Source of the DNA: Vicinamibacterales bacterium
Lineage (GTDB): Bacteria; Acidobacteriota; Vicinamibacteria; Vicinamibacterales; UBA8438
Length of the DNA: 64,000 bases
Assembly (NCBI GenBank): GCA_965116825.1
Contig: OZ220736.1
Span: 1,403,888-1,467,887 of the forward strand
Direction: 5' to 3'
Notes under the pieces: generated by a model
Seen by the model: only the letters and a program-made list of their open reading frames with translations
Database searches by the model: none
What the model was told of the DNA's origin: nothing
Translations under genes and position numbers: made by a program
Shown: in pieces, positions 49,495 through 59,369 of the stretch
Layout of the letters: every line of letters begins with the position of its first letter
Numbering within the stretch: the first letter of the stretch is position 1

Positions 49495-51474
49495 CTACGG
49501 CAAGGCCAGCGCCACCCACTCGGGGATCTCGTCGCGGGCCCCGACAGCGACGACGATGTACTGCCGGCCCTCGTGCAGGTAGGTCATCGGGCCGCCGGTG
49601 GTGCCGGCCGGCAGCTCCGTCTCCCAGACCACCTCACCGGTGGCCTTGTCGTAGGCCCGGAACTTGCGGCCCCAGCGCCACGACTGGTCCTGCTCGGGAT
49701 CGGACGGAACGCCCTCGCCGCGGATGGTGCCAATGATGGCGTCGCTGCCCTCGCCGAGGAACAGCAGGCTGCCGGTGACGAGCGGGGCCGGTCGGTTGGG
49801 GATGCCGAGCGGCGGCAGGTCGAGGTCCCTCAGCAGCGGGTGATTGCGCGGGCCGTCGCCGTTGGGGACCATCCACGCCAGCTCGCCGCGGTTCAGGTCG
49901 AGGGCGGTGATGCGCCCGTAGGGCGGCTTGGTGATCGGCAGGCCGTGCGGTCGCGGCGTCGGTACACGCGCTTCCCCCCGGGAGGTCGCCCATGCAAGCG
50001 TGGCATCCTCGGACGTGGTCGGGGAAACGCTCCACACCGTCGGCTGCGTGTGGGACACGGCGTAGTAGATCCCGGTCTCGGGATCGAAAGCCCCGGTGTG
50101 CCAGTTGCCTGCCCCCCAGCCGCCCGGCACGGTCAACGTCCCGAGCTTGCCGCCCGGCTCGGCGCTGCGCGGCCACGGCGGCGTGAACAGCGGTCCCAGC
50201 ACCAGCGATTGCACCGCTTCGAGCGCCTCGGCGCGCAACTCCGGAGTGAAGTCGATGAGATCGTCGACGGTGACGCCCTGCCGGTCGAAGGGCGGCGGCT
50301 TCGTGGGGAACGGCTGGGTCGGCGAGGTCCACTCTCCCGGCACGATGGATTGCAGGACCTTGCGCTCCTCGATCGGCCAGACCGGCTCGCCGGTCGCGCG
50401 GTCGAACACGTACAGGAACGCCGTCTTGCTCGGCTGCATCACCGCCTCGATGCGCCGGCCGTCGACCGTGATGGCGCCGAGGATGGGCGGTCCGACCGTG
50501 TCGTACTCCCAGACGTCGTGGTGCACCATCTGAAAGTGCCACGCCCGCTGCCCGGTGGCCGCGTCGAGCGCGACAAGGCTGTCCGAGAAGAGGTTGTCGC
50601 CCGGCCGGTGGCCGCCGTAGACCATCCCGGTCGGCGCGGAGAGCGGCACGTAGACGTACCCCAGCTCGTCGTCGGCGGTCAGGCAACACCAGGACCCGAG
50701 GTCGCCCGAATAGGCCCCCGAGCCGTCGCCCCAGGTGTCCGCCCCGAACTCGCCGGCCCGCGGGACCACGTGGAACGTCCAGAGCAGCTCGCCGGTGCGC
50801 ACGTCGAAGCCGCGGACATCCTCCGGGGCCGCCTCCCGCACGACGCCGCCGTCGCCGGCCCCGCCGGTCGTGCCGGCAACCACCACGACGTCGCCGACCA
50901 CGATCGGCCCGGCCGTCCAGTCGAACTCGCCGGCGAGCGGATGCTCCCAGTCCAGGTCGACCCGGCCCTGGTCGGCGAGGCCGAACGACGCGACCCGCCG
51001 GCCGGTTTCCGCATCCAGCGCATACAGGTATCCGCCCCGGACCAGCAGCAGCCGCCGGGCCGTGCCGTCGGTCCACCAGGCGGCGCCGCGGGTGCTGCCG
51101 CCGGCCACCTCCGCGTCGGTGGCGGCGAACGGCGCCTGTCGCCAGACGGTCTCGCCGGTGGCGGGATCGAACGCCTCCAACAGCCCGTGCGCGTTGGGCG
51201 CGTAGAGCACGCCGTCGATCATGATCGGCGTCGAGCGCAGATACGCGCTGACGCCGAGGTCGGGGAACGCCGCCTGCAGCGCCGGGTCGGCCGCCGGCCG
51301 GCGCCAGGCGATCTCCAGGTCGCCGACGTTGCCGCGATCGATCTGCTCGAGCGGCGAATAGCGCGTGAACGCCTCGTCGCCGCCGAAGTAGCGCCATTCC
51401 CGGTCGAGAGACTGCGCTCCCGCGGATACGGCGACCGCCAGCAGCAGCACCGCGAAGAGGGTGAGATTGCGCAT
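49495..51474 (-). CDS. PQQ-dependent dehydrogenase (quinoprotein), paralogue of 35687..37498
   Basis: ATG at 51474 gives MRNLTLFAVLLLAVAVSAGAQ (signal peptide). Propeller blades (AFDPATGETVWRQ, ALDAETGRRV, ALDAATGQRAWHFQMVHHDVWEYD, AYDKATGEVVWE). Confidence 0.8.
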   Translation of the reverse strand: MRNLTLFAVLLLAVAVSAGAQSLDREWRYFGGDEAFTRYSPLEQIDRGNVGDLEIAWRRPAADPALQAAFPDLGVSAYLRSTPIMIDGVLYAPNAHGLLEAFDPATGETVWRQAPFAATDAEVAGGSTRGAAWWTDGTARRLLLVRGGYLYALDAETGRRVASFGLADQGRVDLDWEHPLAGEFDWTAGPIVVGDVVVVAGTTGGAGDGGVVREAAPEDVRGFDVRTGELLWTFHVVPRAGEFGADTWGDGSGAYSGDLGSWCCLTADDELGYVYVPLSAPTGMVYGGHRPGDNLFSDSLVALDAATGQRAWHFQMVHHDVWEYDTVGPPILGAITVDGRRIEAVMQPSKTAFLYVFDRATGEPVWPIEERKVLQSIVPGEWTSPTQPFPTKPPPFDRQGVTVDDLIDFTPELRAEALEAVQSLVLGPLFTPPWPRSAEPGGKLGTLTVPGGWGAGNWHTGAFDPETGIYYAVSHTQPTVWSVSPTTSEDATLAWATSRGEARVPTPRPHGLPITKPPYGRITALDLNRGELAWMVPNGDGPRNHPLLRDLDLPPLGIPNRPAPLVTGSLLFLGEGSDAIIGTIRGEGVPSDPEQDQSWRWGRKFRAYDKATGEVVWETELPAGTTGGPMTYLHEGRQYIVVAVGARDEIPEWVALALP

Positions 51475-51605
51475 TGGAACCCCCGGCCGGACATCGCCAG
51501 CTCGCAATTGCAGGTGAGGTCGGAAACGCCGTGCGCCAACGGGCGACCCACCGCTGTCGCGGCCACGCGGGGTTCCGCTACGGAGCGCCGCGGATTCCCG
51601 TCGGA

Positions 51606-52946
51606 TCACGGCTTGGCGACGTTCCAGTAGATGCCGGCGCCGCCGTAGGTCCCACCCAGCTCGGCCAGCCAGACGGCCCGCTCGATCTCCTCGGGGCTGC
51701 CGTCCAGCGTTGCGAAGGCGTAGGTGGCCTGACCCCGGTTCTGGCCGGGGGCCTCGTCGCCCGCGTAGGTGTAGACGGCGTAGCCCTTGTAGGCCCACTG
51801 GCGGCTGCCGTCGCGGCGGGTGATGACCTCCCAGAAGCCGGTCGACCGGGCTTCGTCGGAAGCATGGAACGGACGCCACGTCTGCAGGCAGGCGGCGTCC
51901 GCGCAGGCGTCGCCTCCCAACCGCTTCCCCCGGTCGTACCCGTTCTTGAAGCTGTCCCGGAGGTTGCGCCCGCCCCAGTACTTCTCGAACGCGGAGCCGG
52001 TGTACAGCGTCATGCCGTCGAGCGACAGGGCATCGCCGTAGCCCTCGAGAGCCGTCACCGCCACCCGCGGCGGCCGGAAGGTCTCCGTCAGCACGGCCAT
52101 GCTCCAGTGCCCGTCGGCGGTCCGGCCGTGCGCGTCCCCGGGGAGCAGGTCCCCGCGGTACCGGTACAGCGGCCGGCCCCGCCAGGCCCATTGCCGGGAT
52201 CCGTCCCTGCGGGTCACGACCGAGAACCGGCCCACGTCGAGGGCGAGCGCGGGCGCCGGGACGGGCAGCCAGTCCATCCGGCAGCCGGGGTCGGAGCAGG
52301 TCCGCTCGTCGCCGACGGCTTCATTGTCGGGCGCGTAGAGCGTGAAGCCCTCGAAATCCGTCAGCACGACGGCCTCGGCCGACGCTACGAGTCCGGCCTC
52401 GATGCCGGCCGGCAAATCGATGGACCGGGCGGGCTCGAAGCGGGCGACCCGCCATTCCGGAGGCGGCATCAGCCCCCCGGCCGCGGCGGCGCGTTCGGCG
52501 AGCTTCAGGTTCGCCGTCTCGGCCAGACCGACGTTGGTCGCAACTTCGCCCGGCTCCTCCTCCAGGGACCACGTGTGCAGCGGACGCGACTGGTAGGCCC
52601 ACTGCAGGCGGCCGTCCGGGCGACGGACGGGCGACCAGTCGGCGAAGGGCCGGGCATCCGCCGGCGCAAGCAGCGGGGGAAACTCCACGGCGCACTCGTC
52701 GACGCACCTCACCCCGCCGAGTCCGCCGTCCGCGCGGAACAGGAGGGTCCTGCCCTCTGCATCCCCGAGCCGGATCCAGAGCAACTGCGCCGCCGACGCG
52801 TTCAGCTCCCGGACCACCTCCACCAGAGTCACAGCGGACGGCACGGTCTGCGGCGCCGCCGTCTGCTGCTCCGCCAGTCCCGGCGACGGCCCGCCCAGGG
52901 TGAGAGCCGCCAGCACGACCGCGCAACGGACCGCCGGGCGGGTCAC
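51606..52946 (-). CDS. secreted repeat protein with Yx(F/W/Y)xxD lipoprotein-type repeats (COG4315/Lipoprotein_15-like)
   Basis: GTG at 52946 overlaps the stop of the upstream gene (GTGA). Repeats: DGRLQWAYQSRPLHTW, DGSRQWAWRGRPLYRYRGD, DGSRQWAYKGYAVYTYAGD. Confidence 0.65.
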   Translation of the reverse strand: MTRPAVRCAVVLAALTLGGPSPGLAEQQTAAPQTVPSAVTLVEVVRELNASAAQLLWIRLGDAEGRTLLFRADGGLGGVRCVDECAVEFPPLLAPADARPFADWSPVRRPDGRLQWAYQSRPLHTWSLEEEPGEVATNVGLAETANLKLAERAAAAGGLMPPPEWRVARFEPARSIDLPAGIEAGLVASAEAVVLTDFEGFTLYAPDNEAVGDERTCSDPGCRMDWLPVPAPALALDVGRFSVVTRRDGSRQWAWRGRPLYRYRGDLLPGDAHGRTADGHWSMAVLTETFRPPRVAVTALEGYGDALSLDGMTLYTGSAFEKYWGGRNLRDSFKNGYDRGKRLGGDACADAACLQTWRPFHASDEARSTGFWEVITRRDGSRQWAYKGYAVYTYAGDEAPGQNRGQATYAFATLDGSPEEIERAVWLAELGGTYGGAGIYWNVAKP

Positions 52947-54298
52947 GCCAGCACCTCGTTGAACGGCCGCGACACCTCGTTCGACTCGGTACCCCACCGG
53001 CCGCTCGCCACCCCCAGCGCCTGCTGCACGGTGAATCCGACGCGGGTGGCCGCGTCGCCCTCCGCCGCGACGTGCAGGCCCGTCTTCATCCGCCCCCCGC
53101 CGCTGCCGGCGGTGAGAATCGGATAGCGCTTCATGGAGTGCATCCGCGCCTCGCCGTGGTCGGTGAACGCGAAGATCACCGTCCGATCGAGTAGCGTGCC
53201 CTCCCCTTCGCGTATGCCGTCGAGCGTCTGCACGAGCTCGCGGAAGAAGTCCATCATCCGCTCGCCCAGCCACTTGCAGGTGGGCTGATACCCGAGCTCG
53301 GGATCGATCGGCTCCTCGTGCGTCAGGGCGTGGTACGCGTTGACTTCTCCGGGGCGGCGCAGCCGGGAGAACGCCGAGCCCATCGTGAGATTGAAGATCC
53401 GCGTCTGGCCGCACGCCATCGCGTGGGCGAGAAGCCGCGCGAACTGCCGGTGGCTGCGCTCGACCTGCTCGACCAGCGATCCGATATCTTCCGTCCCCTC
53501 CGCCGGCACGGTGCAGGCGGGCAGCGGCGCCGGCCGGTCGAGCTCGAACGCCAGCTTCTGCTCCAGGTCGCGCACGGACGAGAAGTACTCGTCCAGCCGC
53601 CGCCGGTCCGACGCCGACACCGCGGACATCAGCCTCCTGCGCTGCTCGCTGACCGCGGAGAGCACGCTGTGCCGCACCATCACCGCCGGGTCGGCCTTGA
53701 AATCCGCCACGTTCGGGTCCTGAAAGCCGTCCCCGAAGATGCGCGCGTACAGCGCCAGGGGCGACGTCTCCGACGGGTTCAGGCCGCTGGACCCGCGCGC
53801 GCTCCAGCTCGCGCTGCTGTCGCCGTCGCAGGTCGCCTCAAGGGAGCGGAACCGCGTGCCGCGCCCGATCTGCTCGCCGATGAGGGTGTCGAGGCTCGTC
53901 GAGTAGTCGCTGCCGTTGCGCGACACCATGCCGGTGGCCTGGCCCTGGGCGCCGGAGTAGTGGTTCTGGTTCACCTTGCCGTCCAGAAACACCTGCATGC
54001 CGCTGAACAGGTTGATCTTCGACTTGACGGGCTGCAGTCCGGCCAGGTGCTCCGGCAGCTCGTAGTCGGGACCGGTGGCCGCGGGCTCCCAGTGGTTGGG
54101 CGTCAGGCCGAGGCCCCAGAACCACGTGCCGAAGCAGGGCGGCAGGGGCGCGGCGGCGGCGCCGGCGGTTGCCGCGTAGGCCGTCCCGCTCGTGTTCAGG
54201 AAGCACTCCAGCACCGGCAGCCCGACGGCGACGGCTGCGCCGCCCTTCACGATGCCGCGCAGCACCGTGCGGCGGCCGATCTCGCGTGTAGCACTCAT
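52943..54298 (-). CDS. DUF1501 (sulfatase-like) protein with a Tat signal
   Basis: MSATREIGRRTVLRGIVKGGAAVAV is a twin-arginine signal. The DUF1501-like body includes a C-terminal FTDHGE..MH..RYPILTAGSGGG. Confidence 0.8.
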   Translation of the reverse strand: MSATREIGRRTVLRGIVKGGAAVAVGLPVLECFLNTSGTAYAATAGAAAAPLPPCFGTWFWGLGLTPNHWEPAATGPDYELPEHLAGLQPVKSKINLFSGMQVFLDGKVNQNHYSGAQGQATGMVSRNGSDYSTSLDTLIGEQIGRGTRFRSLEATCDGDSSASWSARGSSGLNPSETSPLALYARIFGDGFQDPNVADFKADPAVMVRHSVLSAVSEQRRRLMSAVSASDRRRLDEYFSSVRDLEQKLAFELDRPAPLPACTVPAEGTEDIGSLVEQVERSHRQFARLLAHAMACGQTRIFNLTMGSAFSRLRRPGEVNAYHALTHEEPIDPELGYQPTCKWLGERMMDFFRELVQTLDGIREGEGTLLDRTVIFAFTDHGEARMHSMKRYPILTAGSGGGRMKTGLHVAAEGDAATRVGFTVQQALGVASGRWGTESNEVSRPFNEVLA

Positions 54299-54419
54299 GT
54301 CGGTGTTCCTCTCCAACCGATCTCCGACCCACCCCGACCAGGCTCGACCCGACGCTACCGGACCCCTCTAGTTCACTGCAGCGTGAACGCGCCGGTCACG
54401 CTTCCGCCAAACGCGCCGG

Positions 54420-56099
54420 TCACGATGCTCCCGGGACCACCGTGTAGAAGTCCGGATTCCTCGCGATGCGGCGCATCAGCGCCCGCCAACGCAAACCGCC
54501 GTCCGCCAGCTCCGCCTGCACGTCGGCGAGCCAGGCCCGTTCGCCCTCCGTCGGCATCCGCGCCGCGCCGTAGGAGTACGCCCGCTCGACGAAGCAGGAG
54601 GCCGCCCGCGGCTCGTCCCGCAGCGCCTGCCCCAATCCGGGCGGCCCGTCGTAGGTCCTGCCGTTGAGCTCGCCGCTGGCGTCGATCGGCGCGCCGTTCT
54701 CGGTGGTCCGGTACCCGCCGGCCGCATCGAACACCTCCAGCGTCAGCCCGATGGGATCCGTCAGGTTGTGACAGCTCGCGCACGCCGGGTTCTCCCGATG
54801 CTCACGCAGACGGTCGCGCGTCGTCCGGAAATCGGGGTTGTACGTATCCTGCAGCAGGCTGAAGTCGACGTCCGGCGGCGGCGGCGGCACCCGCCGGCAC
54901 AGGAAGATCTCCTGCACCGCCTGTCCCCGCAGTGTCGGCGACGATCGACCGGGATGCGAGTGCAGGGCCAGGAAGCTCACCTGCGCGAGCAGCCCGACGT
55001 GGCTGTCGCCCTCGGGGAAGCGATAGGGCACCCAGGGTACGGCCCCGCCCAGCTCCTGCGAGCGCGCCAGCGGCACCCCGTAGATGGCCGCCAGCGGCGG
55101 CGTCAGGAACGTGTCGCGCGAGACGAACAGATCGCGGTAGTCGCGGTCACGGTGCAACAGGTGATCGACGACCGTCCGCAGGGTCTGCTCGCGCGCATCG
55201 TCCTCCACGTTCTTCGTGAACCGCGGGAAGAGGCTCGAATCGATGGAGAGCGTCGCGAAACGGTCGAACTGCAGCATGTCCGAGAAGAACGCCCGCAGCC
55301 CCTGCTCGACCCGCCGCGACGCCAGCAGCCGCTCCACCTGCCGGTCGAGCCCGTCCGGCGTCAGCAGCTTGCCGGACTCGGCGGCGTCGAGGAGCAGGGC
55401 GTCCGGCGCGCTGTCCCACAGGAAGAAGCTGAGCCGGGAGGCGCGCGACCACGCGTCCAGCCGCAGCTTGCCGGGATCGGTGGGATCGGGCTCGCTGCGT
55501 TCCACGCGGAACAGGAACTCCGGCGCCACCAGCATCCCGGCGAGCGCCGCGCGCAGTCCGCCGTAGTAGTCGTTCAGGGTCTCCGCCGCGTTGCGCGCCA
55601 CCGCCACGTACAGAGTGGCCTCGTCGGCGGTCAGCGGGCGCCGGAAGAGAAACCGCCCGGCCCGCGTGACGAACCGCGCCGCGCAGGCATCGTCGGGCGC
55701 GTCCTCCACCTCCGGCCGGCACCCGATGAGCGTGGCCCTCCGCGCCGGATCCGTCACCTGCGCGGCGACCTGCTGCGCCAGCGCCTCGAAGCGCTCGATC
55801 TCCGCCGCGCTCAGCGTGCTCCGCCGGGCCCCGAGCGCCAGCAGCCCCCGGTCGCGGACGCCGAGCACCGTCGTGCCTTCGTCCACCTGGATGCCGGGCC
55901 CGAATATCTCGTGGACGGCGCGCTGGTACTGCGCCGGCGTCAGGCGCAGGAAGGTCATCTCGCCCGCCGCGCCGGCCACCGCCGACGCACCCATGATCAG
56001 TCCGGCCAGCAGAGCCGCCGGCAGTCCGCGGCAAGGGCCCGCGCAGAACCGAGAGCCGCGGGGCGCCCGCGTCGCAGGCATGTGCATCCTCCCGTCCAT
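54420..56099 (-). CDS. DUF1592/DUF1588/DUF1585-family protein, the usual partner of DUF1501
   Basis: This is the 3' third of the 1216-aa track ORF, with the ATG at 56099. Motifs: ASRLSFFLWDSAPD, HSHPGRSSPTLRG, CASCHNLTDPIGLTLE. Confidence 0.75.
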   Translation of the reverse strand: MDGRMHMPATRAPRGSRFCAGPCRGLPAALLAGLIMGASAVAGAAGEMTFLRLTPAQYQRAVHEIFGPGIQVDEGTTVLGVRDRGLLALGARRSTLSAAEIERFEALAQQVAAQVTDPARRATLIGCRPEVEDAPDDACAARFVTRAGRFLFRRPLTADEATLYVAVARNAAETLNDYYGGLRAALAGMLVAPEFLFRVERSEPDPTDPGKLRLDAWSRASRLSFFLWDSAPDALLLDAAESGKLLTPDGLDRQVERLLASRRVEQGLRAFFSDMLQFDRFATLSIDSSLFPRFTKNVEDDAREQTLRTVVDHLLHRDRDYRDLFVSRDTFLTPPLAAIYGVPLARSQELGGAVPWVPYRFPEGDSHVGLLAQVSFLALHSHPGRSSPTLRGQAVQEIFLCRRVPPPPPDVDFSLLQDTYNPDFRTTRDRLREHRENPACASCHNLTDPIGLTLEVFDAAGGYRTTENGAPIDASGELNGRTYDGPPGLGQALRDEPRAASCFVERAYSYGAARMPTEGERAWLADVQAELADGGLRWRALMRRIARNPDFYTVVPGAS

Positions 56100-56104
56100 G
56101 TCGT

Positions 56105-57277
56105 TCACTCCGGATCGAGGGTCACGTTCTCGCTCACCGCGGGACCGCTGAGCAGCGGTCCGGGACCGACCGCCGCGGCCACGACCTCGCCGGAGAGGGT
56201 CGCATGGAACGCGGGGACCGCCTCCAGAAAGTAGGCGGCCGAGATTGCGGTGCTCTCCCCGGTCTCCGGGTCGGGCGCGCCGTCGGCCAGGCGCCGCAGG
56301 GCGTAGTACACCCCGGCCAGATCGACCTGCGCGTTCTCCTCGCCTCGAATCGCCAAGTAGTGGAAGTAGTCGCGCCACGGCTGGTAGCCGCCGATGATGC
56401 CCGCCGCGCCGCCGTCCTCCGCCAGCTCCAGCCGCAGGCGGGTTCCGGTGAACCGCAGGATCGCGTAGAACTGCGATTCCCCCTGAATGGAGAAGTCGCC
56501 GGGCTCGATGGTGAGCACCCGGTTCTCGATGCGCCCCCGGAACTCGCTGTGCGAGCGCGGGTCGGGATCGACCACGTAGGTGGCGCCCGACAGCACGCCG
56601 CCGCGGGCGTCCCGCATGGCGACGTTCAGCGCCCGGTCGAAGGTGACGGTGACCTCCCCGTCGCGGTCCAGGTCGTCGCCGGCGATCGACATCAGCCAGG
56701 CCGGCATCGCATCCAGCGCCGTGTCCCAGGCGATGCCCTCGTTGTACGGCCGCACGGGCCGCCGCACCTGGTAGACCTCGAAGCAGCCCAGCGCGCGCCA
56801 CATACGGTTGTCGACGCCCCGCTCGCCGCTGTCGGGGTCCTCGAACGCATCGGGCTCCACCTCGCCGTTCAGATTGAAGCCGTAGGCGAACCGGCCGTGC
56901 GCCGTGTGGATCTCCGGATCCGGGACCAGAACGGGAACATTGCCCGGGTTCACCTCGATGCCGTTCAGCTCGGGAAGCTCCGCGATCCGGACGCGGTTGC
57001 CGTCCCGGTCCACGCCGCCGTTGGCGAGAATCGCGACGGCCTCTTCCTCGCTGAAGCCCCGCCGGACCAGGCGCCGCACCTTCAGATCGGCCAGCCCGCC
57101 GTTGTATCCCCGCGGGCAGGTGTCCGGGCTTGCGTAGGTGGCCGTATGCACCATGGAGATCACGTAGCCGCGGGTCTCCGCGGACGCAGTGGCGGGCACC
57201 CCGGCGAGGACCGGCGCCAGGGTGAGGGCGGCAAGGCAAACTCCGGCGAGCCTCGGCAGAAAGGCGCTTCGATGCAT
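56105..57277 (-). CDS. secreted protein of unknown function, first gene of the DUF1592/DUF1501 cluster
   Basis: MHRSAFLPRLAGVCLAALTLAPVLAGVPATASA is a signal peptide. Non-repetitive sequence. Its stop is 5 nt from the next ATG. Confidence 0.5.
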   Translation of the reverse strand: MHRSAFLPRLAGVCLAALTLAPVLAGVPATASAETRGYVISMVHTATYASPDTCPRGYNGGLADLKVRRLVRRGFSEEEAVAILANGGVDRDGNRVRIAELPELNGIEVNPGNVPVLVPDPEIHTAHGRFAYGFNLNGEVEPDAFEDPDSGERGVDNRMWRALGCFEVYQVRRPVRPYNEGIAWDTALDAMPAWLMSIAGDDLDRDGEVTVTFDRALNVAMRDARGGVLSGATYVVDPDPRSHSEFRGRIENRVLTIEPGDFSIQGESQFYAILRFTGTRLRLELAEDGGAAGIIGGYQPWRDYFHYLAIRGEENAQVDLAGVYYALRRLADGAPDPETGESTAISAAYFLEAVPAFHATLSGEVVAAAVGPGPLLSGPAVSENVTLDPE

Positions 57278-57569
57278 CGCGCCCACGATGCCCGCACGGA
57301 TGCTTGCTGTCAAGGCCAGCCAGGGGCAGGCACTGAACCTTCGCTGTCACTTCGTGCTCTTCGGCAGACGACGTTCGTCGTCGACCAGCACGATGCGGCT
57401 CGGCCGGCGATCGCAGGCGAGCCCGTGTACTCCTCATACGCGACGGAGGATCTCCACCATCTCCCGCAACCGGGTTCTTGTGCCGCGGACGAGCGTCGGC
57501 CGATTGCCCGCCCCCTGTAACCGGTGACCGTATACTGGTGTCGTCGGACAGGCCGCGCCGGACAACCCC

Positions 57570-58358
57570 ATGAGCATCAACGAGACCGCACAGTATCTCC
57601 AGTCGCTCCGCACAGGGCGCGAACGCGTCGACGAGCTGCCGCCGGCGCTCATGCCGCCGGACCTCGCGGCGGCCTACCAGGCCCAGGCCGCGCTGGTCGA
57701 CGGGCTGTGTGCGCACTGGGGCGGCGAGACCGCGGGCTACAAGGTGGCGCTGACGAATCCCGCCGCGCAGCGCATGCTGGGCGTGCCCTATCCGGTGTTC
57801 GGCCGCCTGTTCACGGCGCGACTGCACGAGTCGGGCGTCACCCTGCGCGCCGCCGACTACGTCATCCGGCTGATCGAGGTCGAGATCGCCTTCCGCATGG
57901 CGGCCGACGTGCCGGCGATCGAAGGGGGCCACAATCGCCGGTCCATCGCCGAGCATGTCGGGGCGCTGTACCCGGCCATCGAGCTGGTCGAGCATCACTT
58001 CGCGGGCCTCGACCGGTTCACGCCGGAGTCGTTCGCGGCCGACATCGCCATTCACAGCGCCTGGATCCACGGGGCGCCGGTGGACGACTGGCGCGGGCTC
58101 GACCTCGCCGCGCAGCGGACGCGGCTGCTCGTCAACGGCGAAGAGAAGCTGACCGGCTCAGGGGGCAACGTCCTGGGCCACCCGCTCGAGGTCATGGCGT
58201 GGCTGGCCAACGAGCTGCCGCGCCACGGGCTCGCCCTCTCGCGCGGCGATTTCGTGACCACCGGGGTCACCACCGACGTCATCTACCCCGCCGAGGCGGG
58301 GGAGCGGCTGGAGGCGGACTTCCCGGGGATCGGGCGCGTCGAGCTGGGCTTCGAGTGA
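57570..58358 (+). CDS. 2-keto-4-pentenoate hydratase / MhpD-like (FAH-fold) enzyme
   Basis: 262 aa. GYKVALTNPAAQ, IEVEIAF and GDFVTTGV are patterns typical of the hydratase/decarboxylase family. Confidence 0.7.
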   Translation: MSINETAQYLQSLRTGRERVDELPPALMPPDLAAAYQAQAALVDGLCAHWGGETAGYKVALTNPAAQRMLGVPYPVFGRLFTARLHESGVTLRAADYVIRLIEVEIAFRMAADVPAIEGGHNRRSIAEHVGALYPAIELVEHHFAGLDRFTPESFAADIAIHSAWIHGAPVDDWRGLDLAAQRTRLLVNGEEKLTGSGGNVLGHPLEVMAWLANELPRHGLALSRGDFVTTGVTTDVIYPAEAGERLEADFPGIGRVELGFE

Positions 58359-58588
58359 GCGCTGCCGGCGGCCTTGCAGACGTCTGGGCGCGCACCGTGA
58401 AACGCCGCTGGTGTCGGCGAACGGCGGCGGTGACGAAGTCCTCGAACACCTCCTGCATCGGAAACAGCAGCGCCCGGTTGACGTACGGACCGGCGAACGT
58501 GGCCATCAAGAGGCGAGCCGGGAGGCGAGCTCTGCGGTCATCACTCGGCTGTAGCCTTACTCTCAAGTAAGGATTGCGGGGGAATGTA

Positions 58589-58828
58589 ATGCAAGCAACG
58601 ATTACCAGCAAGGGGCAGGTGACCTTGCCGAAGCCGATTCGCGACAGGCTGCACCTGAAGCCCGGCGACAAGATCGACTTCCTGCTGGAAGACGACGGCT
58701 GCCTGCGAGTCGCACCCGTCACGGCGTCGGTCACGCAGCTCAAGGGGATGCTGCCGCAACCGGACGCGCCGGTCACCCTCGAAGCGATGGACGACGCCAT
58801 TGCGCGCGCGGCCGCGCGCCGATCCTGA
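58589..58828 (+). CDS. AbrB/SpoVT-type antitoxin (VapB/MazE-like), apparently orphan
   Basis: MQATITSKGQVTLPKPIRDRLHLKPGDKIDF is a swapped-hairpin AbrB motif. A small inverted repeat CTTAC-TCTCAA-GTAAG lies upstream. No intact toxin ORF follows. Confidence 0.75.
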   Translation: MQATITSKGQVTLPKPIRDRLHLKPGDKIDFLLEDDGCLRVAPVTASVTQLKGMLPQPDAPVTLEAMDDAIARAAARRS

Positions 58829-58946
58829 ACCGATGCTCGGTCTCGAGCACGCGGATGTACGCGAACCTACACCCTCGATCTGCGGGCGGCCCGGGGACGT
58901 CACCTTGCGCAGGTCCCCTGAACGCCGAGTTGCCGCATGCCACGGC

Positions 58947-59318
58947 TCATCGAAGTCCCTTGAGCCGCACCGCGGGTAGTTTCTTCAGCCGCTGGTTCTG
59001 CGGATCGACCTCGATGCCGGCAGATTCCAGCGCCGTGACGCCCAGCAGCGGCTCGGCGCCGGCGTCCCCGAAGATGATGAGGCCGGCCGTGAACTCGCCC
59101 ATGAACTCGATTTCTCCGGTCGTGACGTCCATCGTGACCTCGCGGCCGTCCGCCATCTCGTAGACGCGTTGGGCCTTGGGTGCGAGGCCTATGGCTTCCA
59201 GGTGGGATCTCGGAACGAGCGAGTCTATCGCGCCGGTATCGACGAGGAACGGCCCCTCCCAGCTTCTCGAGGGATCGGCCGGGTTCCGGATGGTGACCCT
59301 TACGTGTGTAACGCCCAC
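58947..59318 (-). CDS. retropepsin-like (clan AA) aspartic protease
   Basis: 123 aa. FLVDTGAIDSLV contains the D-T-G-A active-site motif. It lies 51 nt downstream of brxL on the same strand. Confidence 0.7.
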   Translation of the reverse strand: MGVTHVRVTIRNPADPSRSWEGPFLVDTGAIDSLVPRSHLEAIGLAPKAQRVYEMADGREVTMDVTTGEIEFMGEFTAGLIIFGDAGAEPLLGVTALESAGIEVDPQNQRLKKLPAVRLKGLR

Positions 59319-59369
59319 TGCTTCTTGTCCTCTCCTTATTCTATCGATGAAGTCGGCGAGCGGACGCTC

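Noticed and set aside
56100-58070. The 5' two-thirds of the 1216-aa ORF 54420..58070
   Set aside because: It overlaps the secreted-protein gene and the hydratase gene. The sequence is Arg/Gly-rich nonsense until the MDGRMHMP start of the DUF1592 protein.
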